10,620 bases of DNA from assembly GCA_020833025.1 (NCBI GenBank), contig JAJHRB010000053.1, positions 1-10,620 on the forward strand. The letters run 5' to 3'. Below, one piece after another: positions 5,935 to 10,620 of the stretch. Origin of the DNA: Thermoproteaceae archaeon. GTDB lineage: Archaea > Thermoproteota > Thermoprotei > Thermoproteales > Thermoproteaceae. Below the pieces are notes generated by a model. The model saw only the letters and a list, made by a program, of their open reading frames with translations, was not told the origin of the DNA and did no database searches. Position 1 is the first letter of the stretch. Each line of letters starts with the position of its first letter. The translations under genes and the position numbers were made by a program.

Positions 5935-7733
5935 AGGTCCGCCAGCCACCTGTGGCCCCCCTCGCACTCGACCACGTACACCCTCTTGCGCGCGCGGCTC
6001 AGGGCAACGTACGCCAGCCGCCGGTTGCCGGCAGGTCTCTCGCTCGTCGCGCTGTTTATCACAAAGACGGCGTCGACTTCCAGGCCCTTGCTCGCGTGCA
6101 CGGTGTCGACGAACAGCCTGAGCTTCTCGAGCCGCTCGAGCTCCCTCTCCCTGTCAAGCGCCAGCTTTAGCAGCTGCGCCGTCTCCCTCTCGCGGCCCTT
6201 AATCGCCTCGAGGAACCTGACAATCTCGTGATCCGCCCTTTTCGCGACGTCCAGGAGAGTGCCCTGAGTCAGGCGCTCGTATAATTCCTTGTATAGTTGC
6301 CGCAGCCTGGCGGGCAGGCCCTTGAGCCCCGCGACGATGAAGCCGCGGGCGTGGAGCCGCATCATGACCGACAGCGCTGTCGCGTTGTCGGCCGTGAGCG
6401 CGAACACCCTGTGCCCTGCGGCGAGCTCTCTCTCCACGTGCTCTTCAAGTCGCTCGCACGGCACGCGGCGGAGCTCCCCCTTGACGTCCTCGCGACCGCG
6501 CCATACTTTCTTGACGCGGTTGGGCTCCTGCTCGATTATTCGTCTCGCGAGTCTCGCGAGGGGCTCCTCCGGGAGCCTGAAGCTCCTTGCAAGGACGTGG
6601 TACTCGCCGGGGGTCTCGCCGCGCTGTATCATTTCCACGATCTTTAGCGTGACGTCGACGGAGGCGCCGTGGAGGCTGTCATATATCAGCTGGTCGTCGT
6701 CGCCAGCGAGAACGACGTATTCCGCGGCGTCGAATATGCGGGCCACCAGGTTGCGCAGCGCCGGCGACAAGTCCTGGAACTCGTCCAGCATCAGCACTTT
6801 CGGCTTGACTCTCCGTCTCCCGCACCTCACCTCGTAGGGCTGCCGGAGACACCGCGCTGCCTCCACTACCAGCGAGAAGTCAAGCCTCACCCTGCCCCCG
6901 GCCAGGGCGCGCCAGAGCTCGTGCGCCCCGCCCGCGGCCTCGCAGAGCGACGCGGCCCTCCCGCTAAGCGTCTCGCCGATCAGCGCGTCGCCCCACCCGA
7001 GGAGCCTCAGGTACCTCCGCCACGTCTCCCGCCCGCGGTAATCGAGGCGCCGGTAGGCCTCTCGCAGCGCTGGCAGGCCGCCGACGTGAAGGGTGTAGTC
7101 AAAGAGATGAAAGACGTAATTGCCCGCCTCTTGCCGGTACGGGTCGAGCGAGTACTTGAGCCCCGCGGAGCCGGCCGCCTCCGCGCGCAGAACCTCCTGG
7201 GCCACGTCTGGCTCCAGCACGGCCTTGCTGCCGGGCACGCGGTACGGGCGGTACCTGCCCTCTACGTCCCTGTACACGACCGGGAACACCCTGAGCCCAA
7301 GGCCGATGCTCCTCACGGCAAGGCCGTGAATCGTGGCGACCTGACCGTCGCAGACCGCGCCGAGCATCTGTCTCCACCGCCTCTCGGCGTCGTGGGCCAT
7401 TGAGACTGTGAAATAGCCGGCGCACGGCAAAAGCCCGCCCGCCCCCGCGTCGTAGAGCGCCACCGCGATGCCGCCGGGCAGCGTCACCCTGCCAGCGGCC
7501 GCGAGCAGCGTGGCGTGATACGTTTTGCCCGTGCCCGGCGGCCCGAAGAGGAAGACGGCCCTCCGCCGCGACTTGAGCCACTCAAAGAACTCTGTCTCGT
7601 CCAGCCGCGGCAGGGCCGGCTTGATCGCCTCGACGGTCTCGGCGTAGTCCGCCGGCTCCGCGCGCGCGGACGGCGCTGGCAGCGACGGCATGCGCACGCC
7701 CGGCAGTCTCAGCGACGGCAGCTTCAGCGGCAT
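5931..7733 (-). CDS. UvrD/Rep/PcrA-like superfamily 1 helicase, 600 aa
   Basis: Walker A GPPGTGKT, TIHGLA, Walker B DEFQD, GDDDQLIY, SFRLP, TVHASKGLE, LAYVALSRARKR. Strong SD GGAGGAGGT directly before the ATG. Confidence 0.95.
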   Translation of the reverse strand: MPLKLPSLRLPGVRMPSLPAPSARAEPADYAETVEAIKPALPRLDETEFFEWLKSRRRAVFLFGPPGTGKTYHATLLAAAGRVTLPGGIAVALYDAGAGGLLPCAGYFTVSMAHDAERRWRQMLGAVCDGQVATIHGLAVRSIGLGLRVFPVVYRDVEGRYRPYRVPGSKAVLEPDVAQEVLRAEAAGSAGLKYSLDPYRQEAGNYVFHLFDYTLHVGGLPALREAYRRLDYRGRETWRRYLRLLGWGDALIGETLSGRAASLCEAAGGAHELWRALAGGRVRLDFSLVVEAARCLRQPYEVRCGRRRVKPKVLMLDEFQDLSPALRNLVARIFDAAEYVVLAGDDDQLIYDSLHGASVDVTLKIVEMIQRGETPGEYHVLARSFRLPEEPLARLARRIIEQEPNRVKKVWRGREDVKGELRRVPCERLEEHVERELAAGHRVFALTADNATALSVMMRLHARGFIVAGLKGLPARLRQLYKELYERLTQGTLLDVAKRADHEIVRFLEAIKGRERETAQLLKLALDRERELERLEKLRLFVDTVHASKGLEVDAVFVINSATSERPAGNRRLAYVALSRARKRVYVVECEGGHRWLADL

Positions 7734-8767
7734 ACCTCCTCCTCGGCGATTTCAAGCAGCCCGGCAACTCTCTCGACGCTGAAGACATAGGCCGCCGCGC
7801 AGTTTTTCCCGCCGCAGTCAAAGTCGCCGGGAGTGTAGTACACGTAGTGCCGCTCGGCGAGCACGCCGAGCTTCTTCGCGATTCTCGTGAAAGCCTGCCG
7901 GCTCCGGAACCTGAGCGCAAACGCGTCGACTATCTCGCCGAGAAGCCGCGACGGCACGTACAGAAGCCCCCCGCGGCACCAGCGCCCGTGGTAGCTCCGC
8001 TCCGGCAGCAGGGGCAGCCTGAGTATTTGCCTCAGCGCCTGCTTGAGCGCCAGCTCCTCGAGAATCGTGTCCGGCTTCGCGTGCAGCTCGATCAGCGTCA
8101 GGAGGTCCCCGGCGCTTCTCTGATCGATCTCGATGCCCAGCTTGGCGCGGAGGGCGTCGTTCAGCGCTGGCGGCACTTTCAGCTTTTGCCCCTTCCCCCG
8201 GCCGCGGAACTCCCCGGGCCTGACGCTAACGCTGAACTCCTCCCCGCCGGCCCTGACGACTAGCGTGTAGACCGGGCGCCCGCGTCCGTCCCTCCCCTCA
8301 AAGACGTCAGCGACGAACTTCTCGAAGAACTCAACCGCGTCTATTACACAGACCGCGCAGTCGGCAAGCGCCTGCAGGGCGATTTCGTGGGCCAGCCGGG
8401 CGTGCTCGTGTGAATACTGTAAGGGCTCGTCGGGGAGACCGAGCTTCCTGACTATCCTCATGAGCAAAACGTCGCTGGCGCGCGCCCTCGCCCTCAGCAG
8501 TGCCAGAATTTCGTCGCGTCCCGCCGCCCTGACCTCGTCAGGGCACTCCCTCAGGGCCTCCGCGACTTTCTCGGCCAGCAGCAGCGGCGAGCAGCGGCTG
8601 AGGGCGAGCCGCTGGCAAAGCACGCCACCCACCTCGACGGGGCCGCTGTCGCCAGCAAGCGCTCTCTCCAGCACCTCGGGCGGCGGCAAAAGTTTATTTT
8701 TCGGCGTGATGTTGTTTACTGCCAGCGCCGGGGCGGGGGCGGCCATGGCGTCGTCCGGGGCGGTCAT
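7724..8767 (-). CDS. Hypothetical protein with probable C-terminal winged helix, 347 aa (candidate initiator/origin-binding protein)
   Basis: Natural-looking ORF overlapping the helicase start by 10 nt. ATG 8767 has a GGAGAG SD-like sequence and overlaps the upstream TGA (ATGA). The C-terminal LYVPSRLLGEIV...SRQAFTRIAKKLGVL...AYVF resembles a wHTH. Confidence 0.8.
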   Translation of the reverse strand: MTAPDDAMAAPAPALAVNNITPKNKLLPPPEVLERALAGDSGPVEVGGVLCQRLALSRCSPLLLAEKVAEALRECPDEVRAAGRDEILALLRARARASDVLLMRIVRKLGLPDEPLQYSHEHARLAHEIALQALADCAVCVIDAVEFFEKFVADVFEGRDGRGRPVYTLVVRAGGEEFSVSVRPGEFRGRGKGQKLKVPPALNDALRAKLGIEIDQRSAGDLLTLIELHAKPDTILEELALKQALRQILRLPLLPERSYHGRWCRGGLLYVPSRLLGEIVDAFALRFRSRQAFTRIAKKLGVLAERHYVYYTPGDFDCGGKNCAAAYVFSVERVAGLLEIAEEEVCR

Positions 8768-9075
8768 CTCTCCGGCGCCAGCGTCTCCCGTTCTTGCCTG
8801 GCTTTCTTGACGACCTCCACGCCCGGCACGGCAATCGCGCCGTTCGGCACCCCGGGGAGAATGTAAGTAGTGCAGATAATGCAAGAGTGCAGGAAGTGCA
8901 GGAATGCAGATAGTACGAGTTGGCCAACATCCACTCCGGTCTTGACAAGTGTCAACTCATGCGGCGTTAATGCTTTTAACTTGCCAGCGCCCTGGCTGCC
9001 GGGCGGCGGGGCGCCGCGGCTTCCACCATCAACTGGACTGCCCCCTGGGGCCGCTGGCGCCAGCACCGCTGTCAT
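8764..9075 (-). CDS. Hypothetical protein, 103 aa (G/P-rich N-terminus, hydrophobic centre)
   Basis: ATGA start/stop overlaps at both ends (9075-9072 and 8767-8764) suggest translational coupling. The ORF contains repeat array 2. Confidence 0.55.
   Translation of the reverse strand: MTAVLAPAAPGGSPVDGGSRGAPPPGSQGAGKLKALTPHELTLVKTGVDVGQLVLSAFLHFLHSCIICTTYILPGVPNGAIAVPGVEVVKKARQERETLAPER
8869..8916 (+). repeat. Iteron-like A(G/A)TGC array 2
   Basis: Units at 8869 AGTGC, 8878 AATGC, 8886 AGTGC, 8895 AGTGC, 8903 AATGC, 8912 AGTAC. Spacing 9,8,9,8,9; same orientation as array 1. Confidence 0.75.
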
Positions 9076-9458
9076 TTTTCACGAAATTGCAGCCACCTCT
9101 GCCGCCGCGCCAGCTCGGCCTCTTCCACGGTCTGCAGCACCTCCACGCCCAAAACCGCGACCGTTTTCGCGCGCGCGGTGATTGCCTCGATGGTTGGCTT
9201 GTAGCGCGCGGCCACTTCCAGGTCCACCGTGGTCCTTGTGCGGCGGTGGAGACGGGCTATGACCTCGACGGGGGGCGTCGAGAAGTCGGCAGGCGCGACG
9301 AGGAGGCGCACCCTCCAGGCTCTTTCCAAATGCGGCCAGGTCTCGATTGGTATTTTAATGTAATACGTGAAATACTCCTTGCCGTCGTACCTTTTCCGCT
9401 TCACCCCCACCTTCCCTATTACGACTCGCACATACCGGAGCCAACCTGGAGCCCGCAC
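9072..9458 (-). CDS. Putative AbrB/SpoVT-like (swapped-hairpin) DNA-binding protein, 128 aa
   Basis: GKVGVKRKRYDGKEYFTYYIKIP resembles the AbrB-type beta-hairpin with its Y-I-x-I-P signature. TTATA at 9481-9485 lies about 23 nt upstream of the GTG (leaderless); first gene of the operon. Confidence 0.65.
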   Translation of the reverse strand: MRAPGWLRYVRVVIGKVGVKRKRYDGKEYFTYYIKIPIETWPHLERAWRVRLLVAPADFSTPPVEVIARLHRRTRTTVDLEVAARYKPTIEAITARAKTVAVLGVEVLQTVEEAELARRQRWLQFREK

Positions 9459-9472
9459 GAGAGACGCCGATT

Positions 9473-9565
9473 TGTTTCGCTATAACAACTTTTCGGTTTC
9501 AAGCCGCCGGGAAGCTTGTTTCGGCACGTGTTTCATTAGTGTTTCACATCGGCGCGGTGAAACAC
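9473..9565. promoter_or_regulatory. Divergent promoter region with phased TGTTTC operator-like array
   Basis: (T/G)GTTTC at 9473, 9495, 9517, 9529, 9540 (spacing 22,22,12,11). Perfect 9-bp inverted repeat GTGTTTCAC (9539-9547)/GTGAAACAC (9557-9565). Confidence 0.7.
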
Positions 9566-9607
9566 GAAGATGGTAACGTTTTTATAACGGACTTCTCACA
9601 GGTTCTC

Positions 9608-10414
9608 GTGAGCAAAACGGGGACGATACTCGAGACTGTTAGAAAGATACTGGAGGAGAGAGGGTGCGTGGAAAGGGGCGAGCTGAGGCGGCTGGTGTAC
9701 GCCGAGGTGGGCGGCGGGCACTCCACCAGGGTTCTGCTCAACCGGGCGCTCAGGCGCCTCGAGAGGAAGGGCAGGGTCTACAGCAGCGGCCACCTCGTCT
9801 GCTTTATCGACGAGGAGCTGTCCACGCTTGTGGAGGCGCTCAGCGAGACTGTCGGGCGGGAGAGGGTGGAGGAGCTGAAGAGGAGGGGCCGTCTCCTCCT
9901 GCAGCTCATAAGGTCGGACAAGCTGTACGCGCTGGAGACGTGGGTCAAGATGGAGGGGAACACGCTTGAGGTTTACATCGACAACCCGCTGGAGCTGGCC
10001 CTCGCCCTGGCCGTCCTGTACCTCCTCCTCGAGGCAAACTGCAAGGAGGGCTTGCCCGGTGGCGACACCTCCTCCGGTTCCGACACCAGCTGCCGGCTCG
10101 AGCTCGGCAAGACCTGGTGTGACTACAAGGTGAGGGTATACACATCAGTTGTGGCGCTCCGCGACGTGATGAAAATGAGGGTAGAGCGTTTGGGCCCCCT
10201 TCAGTACCGCGTGGCGGGCCCTGAGGTCGTGGGGCCGGGGCACTCGCTGTATGTGGTGAAGTTCAGCGGCAGGTGCAGAGACAGGAGGGGCGAGGTCAGG
10301 GACGCATACTTTATTCCGTGGTCCGCCCTGGCTCATGAGGAACTAAAGCTGGCCATAGTCCTCCGCTTTGTAAAAATCGCGAAAATTCCCACAAGCTTCC
10401 CACAGAGGGCGTAA
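9608..10414 (+). CDS. Winged-helix protein (putative repressor) with unknown C-terminal domain, ~268 aa
   Basis: wHTH pattern ILETVRKILEERG-VERGELRRLV...LNRALRRLERKGRV. TTTTTATAAC at 9579-9588 lies about 24 nt upstream of GTG 9608, which is preferred over the track's 9539 start inside the operator array. Confidence 0.8.
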   Translation: MSKTGTILETVRKILEERGCVERGELRRLVYAEVGGGHSTRVLLNRALRRLERKGRVYSSGHLVCFIDEELSTLVEALSETVGRERVEELKRRGRLLLQLIRSDKLYALETWVKMEGNTLEVYIDNPLELALALAVLYLLLEANCKEGLPGGDTSSGSDTSCRLELGKTWCDYKVRVYTSVVALRDVMKMRVERLGPLQYRVAGPEVVGPGHSLYVVKFSGRCRDRRGEVRDAYFIPWSALAHEELKLAIVLRFVKIAKIPTSFPQRA

Positions 10415-10473
10415 AGCCTTTCTCACGCGCAGTAAAGCCCGCGGCGCGCCGAAACTTTACGGCGCCACTTTAC
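10411..10473. promoter_or_regulatory. Cluster of GTAAAG/CTTTAC motifs next to the right att (putative integrase arm sites)
   Basis: GTAAAG at 10411 and 10432; CTTTAC at 10455 and 10468. The 10432/10455 pair has the same 17-bp spacer as the left dyad. Confidence 0.6.
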
Positions 10474-10493
10474 TTAATTTTGTCAAGAGGATC

Positions 10494-10552
10494 TGGCGCC
10501 GGGGGTGGGATTTGAACCCACGCCCCCTCGACGGGGACGGGATCTCGAGTCC
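10494..10552 (-). repeat. Right att site (within the intact tRNA)
   Basis: 59-bp identity to 69-127. Confidence 0.97.
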
Positions 10553-10581
10553 CGCGCCTTGGGCCGCTCGGCCACCCCGGC
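10494..10581 (-). tRNA. tRNA-Ser (anticodon CGA), intronless, CCA encoded, 88 nt
   Basis: Acceptor stem GCCGGGG/CCCCGGC, G discriminator plus CCA, anticodon arm CGGGA-CTCGAGA-TCCCG (anticodon at 10547-10545), long variable arm, GGTTCAAATCC T-loop. Confidence 0.97.
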
Positions 10582-10601
10582 CGCGTCTCTGCCGGCCCTC
10601 A

Positions 10602-10616
10602 ATTTATAAGCTTTCG
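10602..10616 (-). promoter_or_regulatory. Archaeal BRE/TATA promoter of the tRNA
   Basis: Minus strand CGAAAGC-TTATAAAT ends 21 nt upstream of the tRNA 5' end. Confidence 0.8.
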
Positions 10617-10620
10617 GCGG

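Larger units (their letters stand above)
69..10552. mobile_element. tRNA-Ser-integrated archaeal element (integrative plasmid/satellite-like), predicted circle 10,425 bp
   Basis: Bounded by identical 59-bp direct repeats matching the tRNA 3' portion; tyrosine integrase next to the left repeat; primase and helicase genes inside. Confidence 0.95.

Noticed and set aside
4666-6231. 521-aa plus-strand ORF and the other long antisense ORFs
   Set aside because: They lie opposite the motif-bearing primase/helicase genes, have low-complexity Arg/Ala/Pro/Gly composition and no motifs: typical high-GC shadow ORFs.
7680-7720. CAGCGACGGCA duplicated at the helicase 5' end
   Set aside because: It simply encodes the repeated (L/M)PSL in a Pro-rich N-terminal tail; no sign of a regulatory role.
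8768-8884. N-terminal extension MHYLHYLHS... of the 386-aa ORF call
   Set aside because: It is translated repeat sequence overlapping the coupled 103-aa ORF; ATG 8767 has an SD-like sequence and an ATGA overlap.

Overview
The window contains one apparently complete integrated mobile element of about 10.4 kb (69-10552; excised circle 10,425 bp) in a GC-rich archaeon. Archaeal origin is inferred from BRE/TATA promoters, leaderless starts and the tRNA style; a Thermoproteota-type host is a guess. The element sits in the 3' end of a tRNA-Ser(CGA) gene (intact at 10494-10581, minus strand) and is bounded by perfect 59-bp direct repeats. It encodes an unsplit tyrosine integrase with an N-terminal HTH and a tightly coupled five-gene minus-strand operon: AbrB-like protein, 103-aa ORF, 347-aa orphan with a probable winged helix, UvrD-type SF1 helicase, and AEP primase-polymerase. 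It also carries a divergent winged-helix regulator, two more small putative DNA-binding proteins, a low-GC orphan cargo gene and a gene apparently broken by an 8-bp duplication. No virion or conjugation genes were recognised. The non-coding DNA is the most interesting part: (i) a canonically spaced box C/D-like sRNA whose two guides resemble antisense to tRNA-Leu; (ii) two related AGTGC arrays with 8-9-bp period bracketing the replication genes; (iii) a helically phased TGTTTC array between divergent promoters; (iv) GTAAAG-N17-CTTTA dyads on both sides of the att core. All protein calls come from motifs read by eye; no database searches were run.
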